DNA from: Heptranchias perlo
Taxonomy: Eukaryota
Assembly: GCF_035084215.1 (NCBI RefSeq)
Contig: NW_027139176.1
Location: 558,001 to 622,000 of the forward strand
Length of the DNA: 64,000 bases
Reading direction: 5' to 3'
Each line of letters begins with the position of its first letter. Positions within the stretch are counted from its first letter, which is position 1. Made by a program: the position numbers and the translations under genes. The notes under the pieces are model-generated. The model saw nothing but the letters and a program-made list of their open reading frames with translations. It searched no databases and was not told the origin of the DNA. This document shows positions 40,601 through 52,900 of the stretch, one piece after another.

Positions 40601-42070
40601 TATTTGGCTGCACATCACCCCCTATTGTAGCTCCACTCTGTATCCCATCCCCCTGCCAAGTTAGTTTAAACCCCCCCCCAACAGTGCTAGCAAACCTCCC
40701 CGCAAGGATATTTGTCCCGCTCTGGTTCAGGTGCAACCCGTCCGACTTGTACAAGTCCCACCTTCCCCAGAAGCAGGCCCAGTGATCCAGGAAACTGAAA
40801 CCCTCCCTCCTGCACCAACTCTTTAGCCACGCATTCATCTGTTCTATCCTCCTATTTCTATACTCACTTGCCCGTGGCACTGGGAGTAATCCAGAGATTA
40901 CAACCTTTGATGTCCTGCTCTTTAATCTGCTACCTAGCTCCCTAAATTCTTGATGCAGGACCTCATCTCCCTTCCTACCTATGTCGTTGGTCCCAATGTG
41001 GACCACGACCTCTGCCTGCTCCCCCTCCCCCTTGAGAATGCCCTGTAGCCGCTCAGTGACATCCATGACCCTGGCACCAGGGAGGCAACAAACCATCCTG
41101 GAGTCACGTTTACGGCCACAGAAACGCCTGTCGGTTCCCCTGACGATAGAATCCCCTACCACTATAGCTCTTCCACTCTTTTTCCTCCCAGCCTGTGCAG
41201 CAGAGCTACCCCTGGTGCCAGGATGTTGGCTGCTGCTGCTTTCCCCTGATAAGTCATCCCCCTCAACAATATCCAAAGCGGTATATTTGTTTGAGAGGGG
41301 GACGGCCACAGGGGACCCCTGCACTGCCTGCCTGCTCCTCTTACTCTGCCTGGAGGTCACCCACTTACTTCCTGCCTGTACAACCTTTACCTGCGGTGTG
41401 ACCATCTCACTAAACGTGCTATCCACGACGTTCTCAGCATCGCGAATGCTCCATAATGAATCCATCCGCAGCTCCAGTGCCGCAATGCGGTTTGTCAGTA
41501 GCTGCAGCTGGATACATTTCCCGCACACATGGTCGTCAGGGACACCGGAAGGGTCCCTGATTTCCCACATAGAGCAGGAAGAGCATAACACGGGGCTGGG
41601 CTGTCCTGACATGACTTACCCTTTCACTAATTAATTCAAATTAAATGAATCCCACCAATTTCACTTCAATTAAAAAGGTCTACTCAAGGGCCCTTGCTGA
41701 ACAGCAGTCCCCCACGACACAACAGAGACCCGAGAATCCACAAACTCTAACCTTAGACAAATTCAGCAGGAAAATACTCACCAGCCAATCACTTACCTCT
41801 TCCTTGGTGACGTCCCACTTGGATTACTTTTTGCTTCTTATTTATCTCAGGTCCAGGAGTTAAGTCCCTGTGATGTCGCACAGTAGTTGTCTCTTGGTGC
41901 AGGTCTGCTGCTGCTTTTATTCCACAATCTGTCTTCTAATCTCAGGTCCACTGCCGCTCTGCAGGAAAAGTTTGGAGAAGCAAGGCAAAGCAGCACCTCC
42001 TTCCCCCACTTCACCAAACTCCCACACTTACCGAACTCTCAGCAGCTCACACTGTGTATCCGCACACCGT
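37691..42070 (-). mobile_element. Near full-length CR1 LINE: 5' UTR, ORF1 (Zn finger + SGNH esterase), frameshifted ORF2 (APE + RT), (ACTCTATG)n tail
   Basis: ORF2 pieces GVYYRPP, VGDFNFP, SDHN, NYRPVSLTS, GVPQGSVL, FADDTK on the minus strand; host LINE resumes at 42071. Confidence 0.95.
40661..41612 (-). CDS. CR1 ORF1 protein with Cys zinc finger, coiled coil and SGNH/GDSL-type esterase domain
   Basis: CSSC...CGKC, VVGDSIVRG, VHIGTNDI, DGLHLN motifs; the likely natural stop (TTAAACTAA near 40661) is out of frame after a G9 homopolymer. Confidence 0.85.
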
Positions 42071-43704
42071 TGGGGTAGAAGAGCAGAGGGATCTGGGGGT
42101 ACAGATACACAAATCATTAATAGTGATATTATTGAAAAGCAGAGATGTTATGTTAAACATGTATAGAACCCTGGTTAGACCACACTTGGAGTTCTATACA
42201 CAGTTCTGGTCTCCAAATTTAAAACAGGCTTTAGATGCACTGGATAAAGTGAAAATAAGATATACTGGATAAGACTGGAACTGAGAGCTTTTACCTATCA
42301 GGAAATATTGAACAGGCTGGGGCTCTTTTCTCGAGAAAGGGGAAGGCTGGGGAGTGATCTAATAGAGGTCTTTAATATTAGGAAATTTCTCCTGAATTCC
42401 CCATTGGATTATTAGTGACTATCACTTGAGGGGGAAACCAAAGCTAGGGACCATGAATATAACATAGTCCAATAAATCCGATAGGGAATTCAGGAGAAAC
42501 GTCTTTATCCAGAGAGTAGTGAGAATGTGGAATCTGGAACACGCTACCACAAGGAATAATTGAGACGAATAGCACAGATGTTTCCAAAACTGCCTCAGGG
42601 ACCTTTTCTAAAGAGTTGGATTTTAGCATGATCCGCTCCTTCACTTCGGTCTGTCCAACCACCATACAGTTTGATAGAAATTGTTAATTATCGCCAGGGG
42701 TCACTTAATCACCACTCATTCAAATGTCGTTATTTCCAGTGAGAGTGTTTATCAACAATGACATTCCTCATTACCAGAAAGACCAGTTTTCCCGGGTGGC
42801 AGCTCCCAGCAAAACTCCGATGTGTTTGAGCAGCAGCGACCCTACTTAGCGCATGAGTAAATAACCGGTCCCACAGCAGCTCATTTACGAATACATGAAT
42901 CTCTCAATGGGCCAAGAATCCCCAACGGTCCAGGTTCCGCAATGTCGCAGCAACGGGGTCTCGGGGAGCGGCACGTAGTTGGCCGGACATAAGCATTAAA
43001 CTCGATTCCATTGATAATGATAGATCGCAAAATGTCGATATAACTGTAATCTAGTGCAATAGATTGCTGCTATTGTTTCTCCAAAAACCGTGTATGCAAT
43101 TAACTTTATTATGGGTCTATTATCCATTTCTACATTGACCCATTTTTGACTTTATTGATATAACCAATAAAATTTAGTAGCAGAGATCGGACAGTGGTGA
43201 TTCCCTCCATCCCACTGCTGGTTGATTTTATAAACACTGGACTGTTTATTCTTTATCAACAACGACGTTTATCCCAAGTTCTATTCGGCAGACACGCCCC
43301 GCTTCCATGGCAGCGATGACAAACTGAACTCAGCTGCAGGGAACAGTCTCATGACCTTGACGAATGGCCCCTTCCCGAGAGGACAGCTGTGCCCTCCAGT
43401 GATGTCATTGTGACGTATCACTTCAAGAGGGAAGGAGCCACTTGGTCACGTGGGGTTCATTAATCGAAATGGCAAAGCGCAGTGATTGGCCAATTCCCAA
43501 CTAGGCCTCTCGGTGTCGAACGCTCGCTGCACAATGTAAGAAATGAGTGAAAGAGGCCGTGATTTCTCTTTCTGAAATGTGCTGCACTGTTTCTACAGTC
43601 ACTAAAGAGCGTTACAGCGGGGGTGAATTCAGACCCTCTTCCAAAAGTACTTCCTGTGCCTATCACTTTAAATCCTGTGCCTATCACTTTAAATCTATGC
43701 CCCC

Positions 43705-44040
43705 TCCTTTTTGACTTCCCTTAGCAGAGAGGTCAATATCCAATGGGCATAGATTAAAATGATTAGTAGAAGGATTAGAGGGGAGCTGAGGAAAACATTT
43801 TCCACCCAGAGGGTGGTGGGGGTCTGGAACTCACTGCCTGAAAGGGTGGTAGAGGCAAAAACCCTCAACTCATTAAAAAGTGCCTGGATGTGCACCTGAA
43901 GAGCCGTAACCGACAAAGCTACGGAACAAGTGCTGGAAAGTGGGTTTAGGCTGGGTGGCTCATTTTCGGCCGACACGGTCACAATGGGCCGAATGGCCTC
44001 CTTCTGTGCCGTAAATTTTCTATGATTCTGTGATTCTGTG
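43705..44040 (+). mobile_element. CR1-type LINE 3' fragment
   Basis: TTCCCTTAGCAGAGAGGTCAATA...GGGCCGAATGGCCTCCTTCTGTGC...(GATTCTGT)n. Confidence 0.88.
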
Positions 44041-44224
44041 TAAAAGATATGGTGCGATTCCGCGGTGGCCCCGTGTGACCCCGTCCCTCTCCGGTAACGC
44101 ACACAGCCCGTGTAACAGGCAGGAGAGCTCTGCGCTGAACTCCCCGGTTCTGCGGGGCAAAACGTTGGGGGAGTTTTTGTACCAGGGTTTCCAGATTATT
44201 TTGGCCTTCTTATACACTACAGAT

Positions 44225-44776
44225 TAATGCTTGAGTACTGCATACAGTTCTGGTCACCACATTACAAGAAAGGTGTGATTGCACTAGAGAGGGTGCAGAG
44301 GAGATTTACAAGGATGTTGCCAGGACTGGAGAATTTTAGCAATGAGGAAAAATTGGATAGGCTGGGGTTGTTTTCTTTGGAATAGAGGAGGCTGAGGGGA
44401 GATTTAATTGAGGTATATAAAATTATGAGGGGCCGAGATAGAGTGGATGGGGAGGACCTATTTCCCTTAGCAGAGAGGTCAATAACCAGGGGGCAAAGAT
44501 TTAAAGTGATTGGTAGAAGGATTAGAGGGGAGTTGAGGATAATTTTTTTCACCCAGAGGGTAGTGGGGGTCTGGAACTTACTGCCTGAGAGGGTGGGAGA
44601 GGCAGAAACACTCAACTCATTTAAAGGGCTCTTGGATGTGCAATTGAAGCGTTGTAACTTACAGGGCTACGGACCAAGTGCTGGAAAATGGGACTAAGTG
44701 GGATAGCTCTCTTTCATCACGGACACGATGGGCCGAATGGCCTCCTTCTGTACCGAAACTTTCCATGATTCTATGA
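44225..44776 (+). mobile_element. CR1-type LINE 3' fragment (subfamily of 19146-19791)
   Basis: LEYCIQFWSPHY...DLFPLAERSITRG...; tail GATTCTATGA. Confidence 0.9.
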
Positions 44777-44834
44777 AAAAGCAGTGAACAGCTAGAGGTG
44801 GGTTTACTAAAAATAAACATTTGTTATTACTCAC

Positions 44835-44904
44835 CTGGAACACCAAATATTGCAACAGTCGGATAGAAGATGTCGTTTACGTACGAAAGTGCTGTTCGTT
44901 CCAT
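44835..44904 (-). pseudogene. Orphan coding exon 1 of a second GPR139-like receptor (MERTALSYVNDIFYPTVAIFGVP + G)
   Basis: 70 nt, phase 1, strong donor CAG|GTGAGT; same length and similar IxYxxxAxxxVP ending as exon 1 at 26871; no exon 2 found in the window. Confidence 0.75.
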
Positions 44905-44980
44905 CACCTGCTAATGGTGGGAGAGATCAGAGCAATCATCCGACTGACACACTGAGGCAATGCATTGAAAACAACCCCGA

Positions 44981-44988
44981 ATATATAT
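44981..44988 (-). promoter_or_regulatory. TATA-like element of the second receptor exon
   Basis: ATATATAT run about 77-84 bp upstream of the minus-strand ATG. Confidence 0.45.
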
Positions 44989-45269
44989 CTGAATCCAGTC
45001 GTTCGGGGAGACCATGGAGGTTTTATAAGAACGTGGGTCAGGTGTGGGCATTTCAACAAACTGACCGCGACATATATTTCCAAAAAAAGACTATTAAACT
45101 GAGTTCTCAATCTCCTAGTGAGGGATGTAACATTCGTTACAGTACAATGCCCCTCCTGCTTGTTAATCCCCTGGCTCCGAATCTGTTACCATGTTACAGC
45201 ACATTGATTGCCTGAGATGTGAGAATCCTTACCTTGGGAACAGTTTGATAAGTGACTGTTTATTAAAAC

Positions 45270-45752
45270 NNNNNNNNNNNNNNNNNNNNNNNNNNNNNNN
45301 NNNNNNNNNNNNNNNNNNNNNNNNNNNNNNNNNNNNNNNNNNNNNNNNNNNNNNNNNNNNNNNNNNNNNNNNNNNNNNNNNNNNNNNNNNNNNNNNNNNN
45401 NNNNNNNNNNNNNNNNNNNNNNNNNNNNNNNNNNNNNNNNNNNNNNNNNNNNNNNNNNNNNNNNNNNNNNNNNNNNNNNNNNNNNNNNNNNNNNNNNNNN
45501 NNNNNNNNNNNNNNNNNNNNNNNNNNNNNNNNNNNNNNNNNNNNNNNNNNNNNNNNNNGNNNNNNNNNNNNNNNNNNNNNNNNNNNNNNNNNNNNNNNNN
45601 NNNNNNNNNNNNNNNNNNNNNNNNNNNNNNNNNNNNNNNNNNNNNNNNNNNNNNNNNNNNNNNNNNNNNNNNNNNNNNNNNNNNNNNNNNNNNNNNNNNN
45701 NNNNNNNNNNNNNNNNNNNNNNNNNNNNNNNNNNNNNNNNNNNNNNNNNNNN
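45270..45752. other. Assembly gap or masked run (N), single G at 45559
   Basis: N characters. Confidence 0.99.
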
Positions 45753-46120
45753 AAAACACTGGTAAAAGGCTATGTAAAATTAAGAGAAGGCTATTTTTCT
45801 AATCTTTGCGAAGCCAGGAATCAGCGACGCACTCTAATGTAGAACCTCATTTCACACCTGACACTCGAGCTGTCACTTCACTCTCGCGGTATATTTCAGT
45901 GAATTTCTTCAACAAAAGAGTTCCTTCCGTGTGGAAATTCTATGATGACTTAAACCAAGGTGGTCTCATTCATCAGGAGAAATTTGTGATGAGAAATCCC
46001 ATGAATGTTATAAAGAATACTCATCAATGGACTTTAGACGGTCCCATGACCCAATCACCTTTACCCATCATCAATGACCAACGGGTCCTCGGATTGAGTA
46101 AACAAGGTAACTCCTTCTTA

Positions 46121-47030
46121 TCATAGAATCATAGAATGGTTACAGCGCAGAGGGAGGCCATTCGGCCCATCGAGCCCGTGCCGGCTCTTTGTAAGAGCAA
46201 TCCAATTAGTCCCAATTCCCCGCTCTTTCCCCGTAGCCCTGCAATTTATTTCCCTTGATTTATTTATCCAGCTCCTTTTTGAAAGCCACGATTGAATCTG
46301 CTTCCACCACCCTTTCAGGCAGTCCATTCCAGATCAGAACTGCTCACTGCGGAAAAAAGTTTTTCCTCATGTCGCCTTTGGTTCTTTTGCCAATCACCTT
46401 AAATCTGTGTCCTCTGGTTCACAACCCTTCCACAAATGGGAGTGTTTCTCTTTATTTACTTGATCTAAATCCTTCATGATTTTGAACACTTCTGTCAAAT
46501 CTTCTCTCAACCTTCTCTGCTCTAAGGAGAACAACCCCAACTTCTCCAGTCTATCCACGTAACTGAAGTCCCTCATCCCTGGAATCATTCGAGTAAATCT
46601 TTTCTGCACCCTCTCTAAGGCCTTTACATCCTTCCGAAAACGTGGTGCCCAGAACTGGATACGATACTCCAGTTGTGACCGAACCAGTGTTTTAGAAAGA
46701 TTCATCATAACTTCTTTGTTTTTGTACTCGATACCTCTATTTATAAAGCCCAGGATACCACATGCTTTTTAACGGCTTTCTCAAACTGTCCTGCCCCTTC
46801 AAAGATTTGTGCATCGATACTCCCAGGCCTCTCTGTTCCTGCACTCCCTTTTAAATTGCCTCTCCTCATTCTTCCTGCCAGAATGTATCACTTCACACTT
46901 CTCTGCGTTAAATTTCATCTGCCACGTGTCCGCCCATTCTACCAGCCTGTCTATGTCCTCTTGAAGTCTATCACTACCCTCCTCACTGTTCAATACACTT
47001 CCAAATTTTGTGTCATCTGCAAACTCTGGA
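46121..47030 (-). mobile_element. 5'-truncated CR1-type LINE
   Basis: FADDTKFG, WQMKFNAEKC, LEYRIQFWAP; tail TCATAGAATCATAGAA. Confidence 0.92.
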
Positions 47031-47354
47031 AAAGTGATTGTGTTCTTGCCAAAATCGTCCAAGAAAGTGTCAGTCAACGAAATCACAACGGTATTTATTA
47101 ACACACTTACGGTAATAAGTATTTAAGGCTTATTATAAAGGAATATACTAGTTATTTTGAACACAGGTTATTCGCTAACAGAATTAGTAACTCCATGGGT
47201 TGAAAGTCGATCTGTGACCATCACAATAATCAGTATCAGTTGCTTTCTTCTTAGTAAAAATAAAGTTACTGTCAATGTCCAAGATGAAAGTAATGTCTGC
47301 CTGGGTGGGTACAGGTAATGCTGAGGCGGCGCCCACAATCGTTCATTAACTCGT

Positions 47355-47720
47355 TTTTAAAGGGGTAGAATTGAAAAGCAGAGAAGTTATGTTAAACTTG
47401 TACAGAACCTTGGTTAGACCACACTTGGAGTACTGTGCACAGTTCTGGTCTCCATATTATAGAAAGGATGTAGAGGCATTGGAGACGGTGCAAAAAAGAT
47501 TCACAGGGATGATACCAGAACTGAGAGGATATCCTTATCAGGAAAGGATGATCAGGCTGGGGCTCTTTTCTCTGGAAAAGAGAAGGCTGAGGGGTGACTT
47601 GATAGAGGTCTTTAAGATTCTTAAAGGGTTTAATAGGCCAGACGTAGAGAAAATGTTTCCACTTGTGGGGGAGACCAGAACTAGCGGTCATCAATATAAA
47701 ATAGTCGTTAATAAATCCAA
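47355..47720 (+). mobile_element. Internal CR1 ORF2 fragment without tail
   Basis: YRTLVRPHLEYCAQFWSPYYRKD...RLRGDLIEVFK. Confidence 0.88.
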
Positions 47721-48071
47721 AGTAACGTCGGCAAAGATAATTTATGGGCAGACATTTTGTAAAGCCAGCAAATTCAAATAACTAATCTACCAAACATTCC
47801 AGTTCAGTCTATTCCTGACAATCTTGTAACTTTAATAGTGGGACTGCGTGATGTCACAGAACATTCACTTTCCGAGTCTGCCGTGCTTTTGTACTATGCC
47901 TCTATTTATAAAGCCCAGGATCCCACAGGCTGCCCTGCCTCACTCGTCTTCATCTCATTTTGACTTTCACCTGTAGAATTGCTTCTTTCACCTGCCAGTT
48001 CCTTTCTCCCGGTCGATGGAACATTGTCGCCTCTTCTCAGAAACTTCACTCTTACTCTTACTCTACTCTAC

Positions 48072-48710
48072 GCCTTCATTGCAAGAGGATTTGAGTACAG
48101 GAGCAAGGATGTCTTACTGCAATTATACAGGGCCTTGGTGAGACCACTCCTGGAGAATTGTGTGCAGTTCTGGTCTCCTTACCTAAGAAAGGATATACTT
48201 GCCATAGAGGGAGTGCAGCGAAGGTTCACCAGACTGATTCCTGGGATGGCAGGACTGTCGTATGAGGAGAGATTGGGTCGACTCGGCCTGTATTCACTTG
48301 AGTTTGGAAGAATGAGAGGGGATCTCATTGAAACATATAAAATTCTGACAGGGCTAGAGAGATTGGATGTAGGGAGGATGTTTCCCCTGGCTGGGGGGTC
48401 CAGAACGAGGGGTCACAGTCTCAGGATACGGGATAGGACATTTAGGACTGAGATGAGGAGAAATTTCTTCACTCAGAGGGTGGTGAACCTGTGGAATTCT
48501 CAACCACAGAAGGCTGTGGAGGCCAAGTCACTGAATATATTTAAGAAGGAGCGAGATAGATTTCTAGACAGAAAAGGCATCAAGGGGTATGGGGAGAGAG
48601 CGAGAATATGGTATTGCGATAGAGGATCAGCCATGATCATATTGAATGGCAGAGCAGGCTCGAAGGGCCGAATGGCCTACTTCTGCTCCTATTTTCTATG
48701 TTTCTATGTT
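48072..48710 (+). mobile_element. 5'-truncated CR1-type LINE
   Basis: AFIARGFEYRSK...RMRGDLIETYK...; tail TTCTATGTTTCTATG. Confidence 0.92.
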
Positions 48711-49918
48711 ACATCCCAATGGTTCACGTAAGCCATTACCGGGATCTGACTGGACCTTTCAAAGTTTGAAGTCTCACTGAAGCCCCGATTCGCTGTTCCT
48801 TTCTTTAAACTTCTGTAGAATTATTGAAACATCTGTAAGCTCCTGTCATCTTATTTCTCCCTAAAACCCGTCTACTTTGGGTGTCAAAAACGCAATCTTA
48901 CATATTTTTAATTTTACAAAGAACGAACCCCGTCTCCCGTCTATTCCGATGTCTGACTAACGGAAGCGATTGATTCTATTGTGGTCAAACGCTGGTCATG
49001 TGTCAAGAATTTAGAATGAGCCGGACCTGCTCATTAGAAGTGAAACTCCTTTGACATTCTCTCACATTAAATAATGGCAGTAAGACGTTCGAGATAAAGC
49101 TTTCCATTATTTATCCCAGCGACTTCTTATCTTAGTAACAACATTCTTTCATTCAACCTTGTCAAGCTTTGGGATGCTCGTTCTCTGGACACTGGCTGTT
49201 ACCTGTGAAAATCCCACAGCTAAAGTTCGACGGTGGCGAACTGAAGTCCCCGGGGTTCTTAGTAAAATCACTCTTTAATTTCCCAAAGCTCCACAGGACT
49301 GCTGATAATCCCATTTTCTCGCCACTTCGTTGTGCACCGCTGCTCAATTGTTTGGAATGGCTGCTTCATTTTCAACTGTTAGCCCCTAGATGGGAGCATA
49401 TTATTCTAATGGAGATTGATGCCGTTTGCTGCATTTCATTGCGTAACATTGAACATGATGGGAAAAATTATTGAATAAAATAGTAACATTAACAATTGTA
49501 CAAAAGAGACTTGCTCATAAGTTTAGTCATTATGATGTTTTGCTTTGCCGCCCGAGAAAGCATTTTTTTAAGTCTTCTTTCTGGGAAAGTGTCGAACAAA
49601 GTTTCAATTGTAAGTCACGAATCTCAAGTGCATTTTTAAAAATCATTTTCCATTCTGTTCGCTATTAACATTTATTAGGTACGTCAAAACAGTATGAAGT
49701 CTACTGCTTTAGCAACGGAACTTAGACCTAGCGCTTCAGGCTTCAGACACCATCCACTTATTTGCGAATTTGGGTTAAAATCAAGTCTGGACAGAGGAAA
49801 GAAGCTTCTCTTTCTCTCTGATAGGGAATGAAGTGCTGCCAATCACAGAACAGTTACTGAAATCCAGCGCAAACTGAATAGATGAAGGTATCTACAAACA
49901 CTGCGCACGAGGAATCAA

Positions 49919-52900
49919 TTAACCATGGTCATTGGTGTCCATTAAATAACAATGGTCATTGGTGTCCATCAAATAACAATGGTCATTGGTGTCCATCAAA
50001 TAACAATGGTCATTGGTGTCCATCAAATATCAATGGACATTGGAGTCCATCAAATAACAATGGACATTGGAGTCCATCAAATAACAATGGTCATTGGAGT
50101 CCATTAAATAACAATGGTCATTGTGGTCCATCAAATAACAATGGTCATTGGTGTCCATCAAATAACAATGGACATTGGTGTCCATCAAATAACAATGGTC
50201 ATTGTGGTCCATCAAATAACAATGGTCATTGGTGTCCATCAAATAACAATGGACATTGGTGTCCATCAAATAACAATGGTCATTGTGGTCCATCAAATAA
50301 CAATGGTCATTGGTGTCCATCAAATAACAATGGTCATTGGTGTCCATCAAATAACAACAGTCATTGGTGTCCATCAAATAACAATGGTCATTGGTGTCCA
50401 TCAAATAACAATGGACATTGGAGTCCCTCTAACAACAATGACCATTGGAGTCCATCAACTAACGATGGTCATTGGTGTCAAACAAATAACAATGTCCATT
50501 GGTGTCCATCAAATAACAATGGTCATTGGTGTCCATGAAATAACAATGGTCATTGGTGTCCATCAAATAACAATGGTCATTGGTGTCCATCAAATAACAA
50601 TGGTCATTGGTGTCCATCAAATAACAATGGTCATTGGTGTCCATCAAATAACAATGGTCATTGGTGTCCATCAAATAACAATGGTCATTGGTGTCCATCA
50701 AATAACAATGGTCATTTGCTGCAGGTGTTCCTCAGGGCAGTGTCCTGGGCCCAACCATTTTCAGCTGCTTCATCAATGAACTTCCCTCCATCATAAGGCC
50801 AGAAATGGGGATGTTCGCTGATGATTGCACAGTGTTCAGTTCCATTCGCAACCCCTCAAATAATGAAGCAGTCCGAGCCCGCATACAGCAAGACCTGGAA
50901 AATATCCAGGCTTGGGCTCATAAGTGGCAAGTAACATTCGCGCCAGTCAAGTACCAGGCAATGACCATCTCCAACAAGAGAGAGTCTAATCACCTCCCCT
51001 TGACATTCAACTGCATTACCATCACAGAAACCCCCACCATCAATATCCTGGGGGTCACCATTGACCAGAAACTTAAGTGGACCAGCCATACAAATACTGT
51101 GGCTACGAGAGCAGGTCAGAGGCTGGGTATTCTGCGGCGAGTGACTCACCTCCTGACTCCCCAAAGCCTTTCCACCATCTACAAGGCACAAGTCAGGAGT
51201 GTGATGGAATACTCTCCACTTTCCTGGCTGAGTGCAGCTCCAACAACACTCAAGAAGCTCGACACCATCCAGGACAAAGCAGCCCACTTGATTGGCACCC
51301 CATCCACCACCCTAAACATTCACTCCCTTCACCATCGGCGCACTGTGGCTGCAGTGTGTACCATCCACAGGATGCACTGCAGCAACTCGCCAAGGCTTCT
51401 TCGACAGTACCTCCCAAACCCGCGACCTCTACCACCTAGAAGGACAAGGGCACCAGGTACATGGGAACAACACCACCTGCACGTTCCCCTCCAAGTCACA
51501 CACCATCCCGACTTGGACATATATCGCGGTTCTTTCATCGTCGCTAGGTCGAAATCCTCGAACTCCCTTCTTAATAGCACTGTGGGAGAACAGTCACTAC
51601 TCGGGATTGCGGCAGTTCAAGAAGGCGGCTCACCACCACCTTCTCAAGGGCAATTAGGGATGGGCAATAAATGCCAGCCTCGCCAGCGACGCCCACATCC
51701 CATTAACGAATAAGAAAAGTAACAATGGTCACTGCTGTCCATAAAATAACAATAGCCATTGGTGCACATCAAATAATAATGATCATCGACGTCCATCAAA
51801 TAACAATGGTCTTGGTGTCCATCAAATAACAATGGTCATTGGTTTTCATCACATAAAAATGGTCATTTTCGTCCTTCAAATAACAAAGGTAATTCCTCTC
51901 TATCAAATAACAACGGTCAATTAACTTCATCATATAGCAATGTTCATTGGTGTCCATCACATAAAAATGGTCATTGGTGTCCATCAAATAGTAATGGATA
52001 TTGGTGTCCATCAAATAACAATGGTCATTGGTGTCCATCAAATAGTAATGGATATTGGTGTCCATCAAATAACAATGGTCATTGGAGTCCAACAAATAGT
52101 AATGGTCATTGGTGTCCATTAAATAACAATGGTCAATGCTGTCCATCAAATAACAATGGTCATTGGCGTCCAAAATGTAACAATTGTCACTGGTGTCCGT
52201 AAACTAACAATGGTCATTGGTGTCCATCAATTATCAATGGTCATTGATGTCTATAAATAACAATGGTCATTGGAGTCCAACAAATAGTAATGGATATTGG
52301 TGTCCATTAAATATCAATGGTCATTGATGTCCATAAAATATCAATGGTTATTGGTGTCTATAAAATGACAATGGTCATTGGTGTCCATTAAATATCAATG
52401 ATCATTGGTGTCCATTAAATATCAATGGTCATTGGTGTCTATAAAATGACAATGGTCATTGGTGTCCATTAAATATCAATGGTTATTGGTGTCTATAAAA
52501 TGACAATGGTCATTGGTGTCCATTAAATATCAATGGTTATTGCTGTCCACTAGCTAACAATGGTCATTGCTGTCCATTAACTAACAATGGTCATTGGTGC
52601 CCATTAACTAACAATGGTCATTGCTGTCCATTAACTAACAATGGTCATTGGTGCACATTAACTAACAATGGTCATTGCTGTCCATTAACTAACAATGGTC
52701 ATTGGTGCCCATTAACTAACAATGGTCATTGGTGTCCATTAACTAACAATGGTCATTGGTGCCCATTAACTAACAATGGTCATTGGTGTCCATTAACTAA
52801 CAATGGTCATTGGTGCCCATTAACTAACAATGGTCATTACTGTCCATTAACTAACAATGGTCATTGGTGCCCATTAACTAACAATGGTCATTGGTGCCCA

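Larger units (their letters stand above)
34680..42590 (+). mobile_element. Old CR1-type host LINE split into four pieces (about 34680-35313, 36089-36890, 37475-37690, 42071-42590) by three younger insertions
   Basis: Pieces are collinear along ORF2: APE end, pre-RT and RT (FQKAFDKVP), KFADDTK to MNFNTDKCELMHFG, then EEQRDLGVQIHKSL...YRTLVRPHLE. Confidence 0.8.

Noticed and set aside
42600-43400. Possible degraded minus-strand exon 2 for the orphan receptor exon
   Set aside because: I could not find DRF, RGxCGLS or TM-like runs; only a vague short resemblance
49882-52173. His/Cys/Trp-rich repeat ORFs (NNNGHWCPS, MDTNDHCYL)
   Set aside because: Several frames of a 27-bp minisatellite are open; interrupted by stops and a LINE
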